Shown here piece by piece: positions 1-9,569 of a stretch of DNA of 64,000 bases. Numbering within the stretch: the stretch's first letter is position 1; every line of letters starts with the position of its first letter. The notes under the pieces were generated by a model that saw only the letters and a program-made list of their open reading frames with translations, was not told where the DNA came from and did not search any database. A program made the position numbers and the translations under genes. The stretch comes from Myxococcales bacterium (GTDB lineage Bacteria > Myxococcota_A > UBA9042 > JABWCM01 > BTVJ01), in contig BTVJ01000011.1 in assembly GCA_045863395.1 (NCBI GenBank), positions 94,503-158,502 on the forward strand. The letters run 5' to 3'.

Positions 1-17
1 GGCCTGAGGGGACCACC

Positions 18-605
18 ATGGCGCTGATGTGCCGGGTCGAGCTGAACAAGACCACGGGGATCACCATCACGGTGGACAACCCCGACGGCAAGATCACGCA
101 GACGGTGACCATGGACGGCACCACCATGACCCTGACGGTCAAGGGGGAGTCGGACACCAGCACCATCACCCAGAAGGCGGACAGCATCGCCATCGCGTGC
201 AAGACCTTCACTCTTGACGCGGAGACCGTCACGGTGAACTCCACCAAGGACACGCTGCACGAGAGCCAGGCGAAGTTCACGGTGAAGAGCGCGCAGGACA
301 TGAGCCTCAGCACCGACGCCAAGCTGACGGCGGCGGCGACGGGGGACCTCGCCGCGAGCGGGGCGAACCTGACGGCGTCGGCGCAGCAGACCGCAGAGCT
401 CAAGGGGACGGACGTGAAGGTCACCGGCACCAGCTCGGCCAAGGTCAAGGCGGCGCAGACCGAAGTGGCGGGCGACGCGCAGACCGACGTGAAGGGCGCC
501 ATGGTCAAGGTGGCGGCGTCCGCGACGCTGGATCTCGAGGGCCAGATGACCACGCTCAAGGGGCAGATGACCAAGGTCGAGGGGGCGCTGGTCAAGCTGG
601 GGTAG
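18..605 (+). CDS. Stand-alone VgrG/gp5 C-terminal beta-helix spike protein (T6SS)
   Basis: 195 aa, Thr/Ala/Lys-rich beta-strand repeats ending LKGQMTKVEGALVKLG, as in gp5 needles. No gp27 hub. Directly upstream of tssF; RBS GAGGGG. Confidence 0.7.
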   Translation: MALMCRVELNKTTGITITVDNPDGKITQTVTMDGTTMTLTVKGESDTSTITQKADSIAIACKTFTLDAETVTVNSTKDTLHESQAKFTVKSAQDMSLSTDAKLTAAATGDLAASGANLTASAQQTAELKGTDVKVTGTSSAKVKAAQTEVAGDAQTDVKGAMVKVAASATLDLEGQMTTLKGQMTKVEGALVKLG

Positions 606-617
606 CGGGAGACGGAC

Positions 618-2228
618 GTGTACTCGGACGAGCGGCTCTACAAGGCGTTCCTGGCGGAGATGCAGGCCCTGGAGGGGTTCCGGATGGCCTACGCCTCGGA
701 GCACCCGGCCGCTCCGCTGGGGCGCGAGGACCCGGACGTGCGCCGGATGGTCGAGGCGCTGGCCTTCTTCGCGGCGCGCTCCCGGCTGGCGGGGCAGGGC
801 AGCATCGCCGCCGTGCGCCGCCGCCTGCTCCGCCAGGTCCTGCCGTACCTGCTCGCGCCGCTGCCGGCCATGGGGCTCGTCCAGGCCACGCCGACGGGGC
901 GGTTCTCGGAGACCGCGGTGCTGCCGCGCGGGACGGAGATGGAGCTGCGGGGCTCTGGAGCGTCTGCGATCTTCCGCACGCTGCGGGAGCTGCGGGTGCT
1001 GCCCCTGACCCTCGGGCGGGTCGACGCCGTGCCCAGGGCGGACGGGGGCACACGGTACCTGCTGCCCTTCCAGGCGCCGTACCCCCGCAACGACGCCATC
1101 GGGCGGCTGTCCCTGCGGGTCGACTTCCTCGACGACTACCCCGCGTCCCTGTCCATGGTCCACGCGCTGCGGCGCCACCTGCGCGGCGTCAGCGTCTCCT
1201 TCGAGGAGCGCGTCGATGGCGAGACGCGGGGGGCACCCTGCCAGGTGAGCTTCGGGCTCGGCGCGGAGGACCTGGAAGAGGCGTGGCCCCACCCCATCGA
1301 GCGCGAGCGGGGGTGGTTCCAGTTCCCCGCGGCCGACCTGTTCATGGACGTGGAGGTCGCCGAGCCCCCGCGCAACTGGCGCCGCTTCGTGCTGTGCGTG
1401 GACGTGGACGCCGGGTGGCCTCGCGGGCTGAGGCTGTCGCGCAACGTGCTCCAGCTCTTCTCCGTGCCGGTCGTCAACGTGCAGCGCTGCATGTGCCAGC
1501 CCATCGTGGCGGACGGCACCCGGACGCAGCTCCCCATCCGCCACCCGCGCCCCGCCATGCGCATGGAGCTCCAGTCCGTCCACGGGGTGTACCGGGTGAC
1601 GGAGGGGGGGCTCGTTCCGCTGCGACCTGGCGCGCTGGCGGGGGGCAGCGGCTCCTACGAGCTCGCCCAGTCGGAGCTGCCCGACGGGCGGCGGGTGCAC
1701 GAGCTGTGGCTCCACCTGCCCGAGGCCTTCGTGGCGCCGGCGACGGTGGTGGTGGATGGGGCGTGGTGTCAGCCGTGGTTCCGCCCCTCGTCGGGAGAGA
1801 AGGTCGCCGTGGCGCCGTATCGGCGGGCCATCGCGGGGCTGGAGTGGGAGGTGGGCGGCTCCTTCGCCCCCTACCGCGCGGGGGAGCTGGATGGAGACAT
1901 GGACGCGCTGATGCACGTGCTCGTGCTCCAGAACAAGAGCCGCATGGACCGTGACGACCTGGACACGCTGCTCCAGGGGCTCGGAAGCGTGTGGGCGGGG
2001 CCGTTCGCGGCGGTCCGGGCGCTGCTCGGACGGGTGGACGTGCGCGAGGTGCCCATGCAGCGGCCGGGCGGCCCGACCGGCGTCAAGCTGGTGTACGAGC
2101 TGCGCATGAGGGAGCACGAGGCGGGCCTGGACCCGCTGATCGAGGCGTTTGCCGGTCGGGTCCAGCGCATCCTGGACGCCTGGATCTCCGAGGCGCCCGT
2201 CGAGGTGCGGGTGGGGAGGGACGGGTGA
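618..2228 (+). CDS. tssF: T6SS baseplate subunit TssF
   Basis: N-terminus FLAEMQALEGFR...EDPDVRRMVEALAFFAAR and LFSVPVVN motif typical of TssF; followed by tssG. Confidence 0.88.
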   Translation: MYSDERLYKAFLAEMQALEGFRMAYASEHPAAPLGREDPDVRRMVEALAFFAARSRLAGQGSIAAVRRRLLRQVLPYLLAPLPAMGLVQATPTGRFSETAVLPRGTEMELRGSGASAIFRTLRELRVLPLTLGRVDAVPRADGGTRYLLPFQAPYPRNDAIGRLSLRVDFLDDYPASLSMVHALRRHLRGVSVSFEERVDGETRGAPCQVSFGLGAEDLEEAWPHPIERERGWFQFPAADLFMDVEVAEPPRNWRRFVLCVDVDAGWPRGLRLSRNVLQLFSVPVVNVQRCMCQPIVADGTRTQLPIRHPRPAMRMELQSVHGVYRVTEGGLVPLRPGALAGGSGSYELAQSELPDGRRVHELWLHLPEAFVAPATVVVDGAWCQPWFRPSSGEKVAVAPYRRAIAGLEWEVGGSFAPYRAGELDGDMDALMHVLVLQNKSRMDRDDLDTLLQGLGSVWAGPFAAVRALLGRVDVREVPMQRPGGPTGVKLVYELRMREHEAGLDPLIEAFAGRVQRILDAWISEAPVEVRVGRDG

Positions 2229-2551
2229 AGGGGGTCCTGCGCGATCTGCTGTCCCCCGAGCGGGTGCGCCGCTCCTGGGCCGTGGAGGAGCCTGCCGCTC
2301 CGGTCGTCCCCGCCGACGAGGCCGTGGCGCTGGTCTCCGAGCTGCGGGCCATGGTCACCGCCCAGCTCCCGGGGGAGGACGGGCTCCTCTGCATGGTGGA
2401 CCTGCTCGCCCAGAAGGTGGCGGCCTGGGACGCCACCCGGGGAGGGGAGGGCGGCATGGGGGCGGCGGACATCGAGGCCCTCGCCTCCCGCATCGGCGAC
2501 GTCATCGACGCGCTCACGGTGGCGGGGCGCAGGCGCGGAGGGCCGGAGTGA
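2225..2551 (+). CDS. Small hypothetical protein in the T6SS operon (108 aa)
   Basis: GTG overlaps the tssF stop (GTGA) and its stop overlaps the tssG ATG (TGATG); helical sequence VKGVLRDLLSPERVRRSW. Confidence 0.65.
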   Translation: MKGVLRDLLSPERVRRSWAVEEPAAPVVPADEAVALVSELRAMVTAQLPGEDGLLCMVDLLAQKVAAWDATRGGEGGMGAADIEALASRIGDVIDALTVAGRRRGGPE

Positions 2552-3438
2552 TGGGCCCGGGGGCCATGTCGCCGGAGGAGCGGCGGAGAGTCCAGCAGCG
2601 GGTGGTGCAGCGGGCGCCGTCCATGGAGATTCCGGCGCTGCTGGATCTGCTCTCGTGGCTCGGCTGGCACGCGGACGAGGTGCGCTTCGTCAGCCCGCCG
2701 TCGAGCGTGTCCCAGCCGGGGATGATCGCCGGGGTCGAGTTCGTCGATGAGCCGCGTCACGTCAATGTTCTCTTGAATATCGGGTTGCTCGGCGCGCAGA
2801 GCCCGCTGCCCAGCTACTTCTTCAAGCGCATGGACCAGATCGGCTTCGACTCGGGGCACTTCGCCGAGTTCATCGGCTTCTTCGACCACGCCGCGCTCGT
2901 GGATCTGCTCCGGGCCATCTACCCCGAGATTGACGTCCGTCTGTACCCGGACTGGGAGAGAGCCAAGCGGCGAGAGGTTCAGCTCCTGAATCTGCGATCC
3001 ACGTCGACCTTGACCTGGATGCTGCGGTCGGTGTTCCCGGATCTCGGGGTCGTCATCGACAAGGCGACGGTCCTGCGAGAGATCGAGTCGGGCGGCGTGC
3101 GCCTCGGGAGCGCGACCCTCGGCGGAGACTCCGTGCTGGGGCGGAAGGTCAGGATCCCCGTCCAGACGCGGCAGATAGTGCTCGTCGCCGAGACTGAGCG
3201 CGCCGCGAGCGGGCTCGCCTGGCCATCCGAGATTCGGGAGCGGCTGGTCCGCATCGTCTTCCCCATCCTGGCTTCGGTGGGGGTGGACCTCGACATCCAC
3301 CTGGAGGTGCGGGCCCAGGAGACCGTCGCGCGCCTCCACGGGGGCAGCTATCTCGGCTACGACCGCGTGCAGGGCGGCGGGGCCAGCTTTCGCAGGATAC
3401 GGATCTACTCGGGAAACACGGCGCTCCACCCGTCGTAG
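2551..3438 (+). CDS. tssG: T6SS baseplate subunit TssG
   Basis: GLLGAQSPLPSYF and FFDH motifs, RLGSATLGGDSVLG; downstream of tssF. Confidence 0.85.
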   Translation: MGPGAMSPEERRRVQQRVVQRAPSMEIPALLDLLSWLGWHADEVRFVSPPSSVSQPGMIAGVEFVDEPRHVNVLLNIGLLGAQSPLPSYFFKRMDQIGFDSGHFAEFIGFFDHAALVDLLRAIYPEIDVRLYPDWERAKRREVQLLNLRSTSTLTWMLRSVFPDLGVVIDKATVLREIESGGVRLGSATLGGDSVLGRKVRIPVQTRQIVLVAETERAASGLAWPSEIRERLVRIVFPILASVGVDLDIHLEVRAQETVARLHGGSYLGYDRVQGGGASFRRIRIYSGNTALHPS

Positions 3439-3467
3439 CGGGGCGCCATTTGGGAAAGTGAGGACTC

Positions 3468-4487
3468 ATGGATCTGAGCACACTCCAGCGGTCGTTCGCG
3501 GTGACAGAGAGTCCGGGGCTGGACACCCTCGACCCGCGCATGGGGGAGATCTCCGACCGTGTGCAGGGGGGAGACTTCGTCGGGGCGGCGGAGCAGGTGC
3601 TGGGGCTGCTCGACGAGGGCATCTGCGACATGCGCCTCATCGGGTATGCGGCCTTCGGCGCGTTCGTCGACGGCGGCGTCGCGGCCCTCCTGCCGGCCAT
3701 CGTGGGGCTGACGCACATCCTGGAGGACTGCTGGGAGGCCTTCGGGCCGGTGTCCCAGCGCGAGAAGGGGTGCCAGTCGAGCCTGACGTGGTTCGCCAAG
3801 CAGACCATGAAGCGGCTCCAGCGGGAGGAGGGGGTCCAGGGCGGAACGTGGGCCGGGTGGATCGCGTCGGTCACTCCCGATGACGTGGAGACGACGGTGA
3901 GGCGGCTCGGGCGGCTGCAGGGGGCCGTGGACGAGCGGCTCGGGGGGGGAGCGGCGCCGGTCCTCGACGGGCTGAGCAAGCTTCGGAGCTGGCTCGACCA
4001 GTTCAAGAACGCGGTGCCGTACCCCGAGGAGGAGCCGGAGGAGCCGGAGGTCCCCGAGGTCCGGGAGGAGGCCGCGGCGTCGGACATGCAGCCGGCTCCG
4101 GCAGCGGCCTCGGCGCCGCCCCCGGGGTGGGGCGTGCCCACGTCGTGGACGCCGCCGGCCCCCCTGCTCGCGGCCCAGGGCTCGCCGCACCTCGCGCTGC
4201 TGCTGCGCAAGCTGGAGGCGTTCAGCCAGCTCGTGGAGCGGGAGGAGTTCGCCCGGGCGCTGATCGTCGCCGACGACGTCAACGAGACCCTGGAGCGCTT
4301 CGACCCCACGCTCTACTTTCCGTCCTTCTTCAAGGTGTTCGCGAGGATGCAGGCGCTCCACGCGAGCCAGCTCATCGAGTTCGCGGAGTATCGGGAGACG
4401 CCCGAGTGGCGCGCGCTCCAGACCCTCTACCGCATCGACGTCGACGAGTTCGTGAACCTGCAGTCGCAGCGCAACGACCCGGAGTGA
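3468..4487 (+). CDS. T6SS IglI-family / TssA (ImpA_N-like) protein
   Basis: ImpA-like DMRLIGY...GL...W motif, Pro/Glu linker, C-terminal FDPTLYFPSFF; RBS GAGGA; in the T6SS operon. Confidence 0.7.
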   Translation: MDLSTLQRSFAVTESPGLDTLDPRMGEISDRVQGGDFVGAAEQVLGLLDEGICDMRLIGYAAFGAFVDGGVAALLPAIVGLTHILEDCWEAFGPVSQREKGCQSSLTWFAKQTMKRLQREEGVQGGTWAGWIASVTPDDVETTVRRLGRLQGAVDERLGGGAAPVLDGLSKLRSWLDQFKNAVPYPEEEPEEPEVPEVREEAAASDMQPAPAAASAPPPGWGVPTSWTPPAPLLAAQGSPHLALLLRKLEAFSQLVEREEFARALIVADDVNETLERFDPTLYFPSFFKVFARMQALHASQLIEFAEYRETPEWRALQTLYRIDVDEFVNLQSQRNDPE

Positions 4488-4499
4488 CGGTCCCGCGGC

Positions 4500-6395
4500 T
4501 CAGACCTGCTGCTCCACCCGGTCCAGCTCCGCGAGGGCCGTCGACCGGGCCGTGGCGATGCGCGCGATGGCCTGCTCGACGAGAGAGTCCACCTGCGCGA
4601 GCAGCGGGTCGAGGGCGGCGGCTCCTTGCGCGTCCAGACCATCGGCGGCGGAACGAATCCCCCCCAGGGCAGCGTCCTGAGCAGATGTGACGGATTGGAG
4701 CTGCGCGGCGAGCTGCGCCCTGGTCTGCTCGGCGCCGGCCTCGAAGCCCGACCGCGCAGTCTCCATCGCCTCGCGAATGGCGCTGAGGGTTTGCGTCGCC
4801 GTCGCCTTGCCCGCGTCCAGCGCCGCGTCTGTCTGGGTGCGCGCCGTCGCGGCCTGCGCAGTCATCGTGTCTCTCGCAGAATCGAGCTGGGCGCGCACTC
4901 CGTCGATGCCCCCGCTCGTGCCGCTGCGGAGCTGAGAGAGGGATCCGTCGGCGGTGGTCGAGAGCGCGTCGACCTGCGCGGCGGCCTGCGCCTCGATGGA
5001 GTCGATCTGTGTTGCGGCCTGGGATTTTGCGGCCTCCACCTGCGAGATGGCGCCGTCCACGGTCTCCTGAATCTGGGTCTCGATCGCCCCGACCTGCTGC
5101 TTGACCGTGTCGACCACCGCCCCGATCTGGGTGACGAGCTGCTCGCGGAGCTGGTCTATCTGTGTCGTCGCCTGGGATGACAGGGTCTCGATCTGACCGC
5201 CGATCTGGGTCTGGAGCGTGCCTACCTGCGTGATCGCCGTCTCGGCGGCAGACTGGAGCTTCGGGGCCATCTGGGAGGAGACGTTCGAGATGGCGGATTG
5301 AACCGTCGAGACCAAGGCCTCGGGCACCGCGTCCGCGGGGATCGCGTCCAAGGCGTTCAGCGCGGTGGTCAGCGTAGACTTGAGCAGGTCGAGGAAGCCC
5401 TGGACCTTCTCCTGGAGCGCAGCGAGGGCCGTCACCACGGCCTCGAAGGAGGTCATCAGCGTGTCGCGGAGCTGGGTCACGGCGGCGAGGAGGCCGTCGA
5501 TGGTGGCAGACGCGGCCTGGATCGCTGCGTCCGCCGTCTCCCGCAGGCCCTGCACGGTCGCCGTGACCGCGGTCACCACCTGCTGGATCGTGGACTCGGC
5601 CGTGCCCACCACCTGCGCGATGACCGCCTTGGCGTCTCGCAGCGCCGAGCGCACCGTGTCCACCGACGCCGACAGCGACGCGCCGGTCTGGTCCACTGCC
5701 TGGCGGACCGGGGCGATGGCGGCGCGCAGGTCCTCTTTGGTGGTGGCGATGGTGCCCGCCAGGGATGTCGCCAGGGCGTCGAGCTGCTCCGCCGGCGGGT
5801 CCACCGTGTCGTCCAGGGCCTTGCGGACGGCCACGGCGCGGGCCTTCAGGTCGTCGACGGTCGTCGTGACGCTCTCTCTCGTGGTCGCGACCGCCTCGTC
5901 GATGGTCTCGAGGAGCACGTCGAAGGGGGTCAGACCCTTGGTCTGGAAGTCCTCGCTGGCGGCTCTGGCGGTCGCCACGGCGGTGTCGAGGGAGGCGCGT
6001 CTCGACGCGAGGGAGGAGTCCACCCCGCCGAGGGCGTCTGAGAGCTCCTTGTCGATGGCCCCGAGAGTGCCGGTCGTGGCCTCCCGCGTCGCCTCGATCT
6101 GGGCGGCGAGGGCGTCCAGGCGCTGCGCCTCGTTCGGGGCCGCTGCACGCCGCGCCTCGACGCGGGCGCTCACACCGGCGCACCGCTGCTCCACCTCTCC
6201 CGACGTGGTCTGCGCCTCCGCGGAGACCTGTCCCGCCGCCCCTTGGAGACGACCGGTGACCTCGCCAGCGCGGGCGCCGACCTTCTGCGCCGCTTCTTCA
6301 ACGAGCGCGGTGAGCGAGGCGGCGCGTCCGGCGAGCTCGTCGCGGGAGGTCTGGGCGTCGGCTCTCACGGCCTCGATGGGGGTCCAGAGGCTCAT
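4500..6395 (-). CDS. Long amphipathic alpha-helical protein with 11-residue (hendecad) repeats, 631 aa
   Basis: Ala/Thr/Gln-rich with very few aromatic residues; repeats LQTQIGGQIET/LSSQATTQIDQ/LREQLVTQIGA; central turn IPADAVPEA; last gene of the VgrG-hub operon. Confidence 0.8.
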   Translation of the reverse strand: MSLWTPIEAVRADAQTSRDELAGRAASLTALVEEAAQKVGARAGEVTGRLQGAAGQVSAEAQTTSGEVEQRCAGVSARVEARRAAAPNEAQRLDALAAQIEATREATTGTLGAIDKELSDALGGVDSSLASRRASLDTAVATARAASEDFQTKGLTPFDVLLETIDEAVATTRESVTTTVDDLKARAVAVRKALDDTVDPPAEQLDALATSLAGTIATTKEDLRAAIAPVRQAVDQTGASLSASVDTVRSALRDAKAVIAQVVGTAESTIQQVVTAVTATVQGLRETADAAIQAASATIDGLLAAVTQLRDTLMTSFEAVVTALAALQEKVQGFLDLLKSTLTTALNALDAIPADAVPEALVSTVQSAISNVSSQMAPKLQSAAETAITQVGTLQTQIGGQIETLSSQATTQIDQLREQLVTQIGAVVDTVKQQVGAIETQIQETVDGAISQVEAAKSQAATQIDSIEAQAAAQVDALSTTADGSLSQLRSGTSGGIDGVRAQLDSARDTMTAQAATARTQTDAALDAGKATATQTLSAIREAMETARSGFEAGAEQTRAQLAAQLQSVTSAQDAALGGIRSAADGLDAQGAAALDPLLAQVDSLVEQAIARIATARSTALAELDRVEQQV

Positions 6396-6399
6396 CGCG

Positions 6400-6621
6400 T
6401 CACTCCGCCATCGCTGTCAGCTCCGCGATCAGCGTCTCGACCTGGGATGCCACGTCGTCTTTGGCCGCGCGGGCCGTCCCTCCGAAGCCCGCGAGCGGCG
6501 TGAGGTCGGGCGCGAGGGCCTCGATCTCGGCCTCCACCACCCCCACGCTGGCCCCCAGCTCCTGGACCGCGGTCTCCACCGCTGCACCGATGCCTTCCAC
6601 CTTCGCGAAGAGCCCCGCCAT
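6400..6621 (-). CDS. Small helical-hairpin protein (73 aa)
   Basis: Packed 1 bp and 4 bp from its neighbours; helix-PDLTP turn-helix. Confidence 0.7.
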   Translation of the reverse strand: MAGLFAKVEGIGAAVETAVQELGASVGVVEAEIEALAPDLTPLAGFGGTARAAKDDVASQVETLIAELTAMAE

Positions 6622-6622
6622 G

Positions 6623-8548
6623 CTACAGCTCCGTCCGTGTGCGCAGCTCCGTGATCGCCGCCGTGGCAGCGCTCGCCAACGCTGCGGCGTGCCCGGTCAG
6701 CGCCGCCGCCGCCCCTTGCAGGTCCCCCTTGGCCGCCCCCGCGAGCGCGCCCAGCTCTCCCTTCAGCGCGTCCACGGCGCCCCCCACGCTCGCCTTGGCG
6801 TCCTCCAGCTTCCCGGTCAGCTCTCCTTTGGCGCTGGCGAAGGCCCCGCTGATGCGCCCCACCGAGCCGCTGGCCGCCGTCTCCAGCTCCGCGGAGGCCG
6901 CGGCGACCTGCGGGCTCAGGTCAACGGTGGGAGCCTCCTCGGTCGCCGACTCGTCCTCACGCACCTCCATGAAGAGGAGCCCTTCCTCCATCTGGAGCGT
7001 CTCTCCGTCGGCGCCCCGCACCCGCCGCACGGTCCAGACCGGCTTGTCGTCCACGTAGACGTGCTCCAGGGCCGTCTCGTCTGCCGCGTTCTTGCCAAAC
7101 AGGATGCGGTTGCCCTGGGTCTCCAGCGGGAGCTGGACCCCCGCCGTCCACTGGAGCGTCCGCACGATCTCGGCGCCGTGGAGGTCGAGGCGCACGAGCA
7201 CGCGCTCGTCTTTTGTCAGAGGCGCGTAGAAGTGGCCGCGCATGACGGATGGGCGGAACGGGGCGCGGACCTCCTGGTTCCAGAGCGGCACCAGCACCTC
7301 GTAGAACCACTCGCCGGTGTCCGGGTCTTCGTGGACGGCGTAGATCCGGTCTCCGGGCTGCCCCCCGTCACAGACCACCTTGCCCTCCACGAGGAGCGGC
7401 TCCGGGGGCTCGGCGCGGGGCGGCAGGTGGGTGGAGAGGTCGGCCGCCGACTCCCACACGGAGGCCAGGTCCAGCGTGTATGTGCGGGCCGTCGTGTCCC
7501 GGTCGCGGCTCTCCAGCGGGTCGGTCGCCTCGGCGCGCAGGTCCACCGAGAGCACGCGGAACGCCTTGCCCCGCGGCCAGGCAGCCCCGGCGAGCCACTC
7601 CTGCGCCAGTGAGACGGGGCGGCCCGGCGCGAACGGGACGCTCGGCCAGGTGGAGTAGACCACGGAGAGCTCCGGGGCGCGCAGCCTCAGGCGGGTCGTC
7701 TCCAGCTCCACCCGGTCGTCCAGCGTGACGCTCAGCGGGGTGATGACCAGGTGGTCCTCGGTCACGCCTTCGACCGCCTGGTCCTGCGCGACCTCCACCG
7801 TCGCCGGTTGCTCGGCGGCCCCGTTGTGGACCCGCGCCTTGCTGCGGCGGGTGGCGGGCAGACGCAGGGTGGCCCTGCCCACCTCCGTTCCCCGAACAGT
7901 CCGCGCGGTGCCCCCCGGCTTGCGGTCGCGCAGCGAATACTCGCCGGTGTCGTGGTCCAGCAGCAGGTGGCCCCCCGCGCCGTCCACCCAGTCCACGAGC
8001 AGATCGTAGAACGACGTCCCCCGCGAGGCGTCGAGCGGCAGGCACACCACGTGGTGGGTCACACCCGCGCTCGCCATCTCGATGTTCAGCTTCAGGCCCC
8101 CGACCGCCTGCTCGCCGACGACGTCGGCCACCGTGGCCTCGGCCCGCAGCACCGCAGGGAAGTGCTGGCGCCACAGCACCTGCGCCGGGTCGGTGAAGTG
8201 AACGGTGTACTCCCGGGTCAGGACCGGCGTCCCGGACACGTCGGCGAAGGCGAACTCACGGACCGCTCGCGAGGTCGCGAGGGCGCGCACGACGAGCGGC
8301 TCGGGCTGCGTGTCCACGAGCGGGAACTCTCCGTTGAGCGTCAGCCGGACGTCCGCGCGGTCGGGGGTCACGAAGCGCGGAAGGAGCGCGTCCTCGGCCT
8401 CTTCGCCATGCACGACGAACGTCACGGAGCCGTCGAGGCCCCACAGGCGGAGCCGCAGGTCGCAGGCGCGCACGTTGCCGCCGGGGATGGCGAAAACGTC
8501 GCTCCCGATGGTCAGCTCCACACCGATGCTGAGCCTGTCGGCCGCCAC
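6623..8548 (-). CDS. VgrG-like hub (gp27/gp5-OB) protein with a C-terminal hendecad helical extension
   Basis: GTG start at 8548 with RBS AGGAG. Collinear with the 23544-25145 paralog (DRL.I...LTIG, SFYDLL..W, VEGKVVC, QGN..LFGKN), plus ~100 extra helical residues. Confidence 0.75.
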   Translation of the reverse strand: MAADRLSIGVELTIGSDVFAIPGGNVRACDLRLRLWGLDGSVTFVVHGEEAEDALLPRFVTPDRADVRLTLNGEFPLVDTQPEPLVVRALATSRAVREFAFADVSGTPVLTREYTVHFTDPAQVLWRQHFPAVLRAEATVADVVGEQAVGGLKLNIEMASAGVTHHVVCLPLDASRGTSFYDLLVDWVDGAGGHLLLDHDTGEYSLRDRKPGGTARTVRGTEVGRATLRLPATRRSKARVHNGAAEQPATVEVAQDQAVEGVTEDHLVITPLSVTLDDRVELETTRLRLRAPELSVVYSTWPSVPFAPGRPVSLAQEWLAGAAWPRGKAFRVLSVDLRAEATDPLESRDRDTTARTYTLDLASVWESAADLSTHLPPRAEPPEPLLVEGKVVCDGGQPGDRIYAVHEDPDTGEWFYEVLVPLWNQEVRAPFRPSVMRGHFYAPLTKDERVLVRLDLHGAEIVRTLQWTAGVQLPLETQGNRILFGKNAADETALEHVYVDDKPVWTVRRVRGADGETLQMEEGLLFMEVREDESATEEAPTVDLSPQVAAASAELETAASGSVGRISGAFASAKGELTGKLEDAKASVGGAVDALKGELGALAGAAKGDLQGAAAALTGHAAALASAATAAITELRTRTEL

Positions 8549-8748
8549 GAGCGCGCTCCTGGGTGCAGGGGTCCGGGCGCTGAAGATACCGGCCTGGGCG
8601 GGGGCTGTCCATCGGGGAGCGCGCCGGTGCCGCGACCGAGGAGCGCCGCTCGCGCCCCCTGCTGCCGTGCCCGGCGGAGCTACGCGCCTTGTCGCAGCAC
8701 GGGCAAAGCCGTACAGTCGGCGTCCACACCAGACCGGATGGAGGACCC

Positions 8749-9477
8749 ATGGAGTGCCGCAAGTGCCAGACGGACCTGACGGGGGTCGAGCACCGCATGG
8801 TCGCGCAGTGGCCATTCTGCGTCCCCTGCTTCGAGGAGCTGCTCTCCACTCCGAAGCCAGCGCCACCCGCGGAGGAGCCCGCGCCCGTGGTGGCCTCCGT
8901 GGCGGTCGTCGAAGCAACCGCCACGGTCGAGCCGGCCGCTGGCGTGCGGGTGGCCACCGCCGAGCCCACGCTGACCGCCGACGTCGCCACCTGCCGCCTC
9001 TGCGAGGGCGTCTTCCCCGCCTCCGACATGGTGCACCTCGGCTTCTGGCGCTTCTGCCCGGCGTGCATCCAGGACGTGGTGGAGAACCCCGAGCCTCCGC
9101 CGGCGCTCGCCGTGGAGGCGCACGAGGACCGCCCGGAGCCCATCCGTCCGGCTCCGCTGGTGTGGGTCAACTGCGCCCGCTGCGGCCGCCGCGTCCCTGA
9201 CGGGGGCGCCAAGCGCATCGACGGGGAACCCTACTGCCCGGACTGCCACCACGCGCTGGCTCCGCCCCCGCCGCTGCCGGACCTCGCCGCCCTGGCAGCG
9301 CCGGAGCCCGGAGCCGCCGCAGGCTCGTGCGAGGCCTGCGGCCGAGAGACCCCCGGCGAGACTCCCCTGCGCGTCGAAGCCTACCGAATCTGCCGCGCCT
9401 GTCTGCGCTCGGACCCGGACCTCGCGCTGGAGCTGGCCGCGGTGCGCCACCGTCGGCAAGGGGCGGCCCCGAGCTGA
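8749..9477 (+). CDS. Protein with four tandem CxxC-x17-CxxC zinc-finger repeats
   Basis: CRKC..CVPC, CRLC..CPAC, CARC..CPDC, CEAC..CRAC separated by Pro/Ala linkers; RBS GGAGGA before ATG 8749. Confidence 0.8.
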   Translation: MECRKCQTDLTGVEHRMVAQWPFCVPCFEELLSTPKPAPPAEEPAPVVASVAVVEATATVEPAAGVRVATAEPTLTADVATCRLCEGVFPASDMVHLGFWRFCPACIQDVVENPEPPPALAVEAHEDRPEPIRPAPLVWVNCARCGRRVPDGGAKRIDGEPYCPDCHHALAPPPPLPDLAALAAPEPGAAAGSCEACGRETPGETPLRVEAYRICRACLRSDPDLALELAAVRHRRQGAAPS

Positions 9478-9569
9478 CCGCCCGGGTCGGCCGCAGGTCA
9501 CCCCAGCCACCGAGCCGGGCGTTCAGGCAAGCAGCACGTCTGGTCTGTGATCGCAGAACCTGGAGGACC

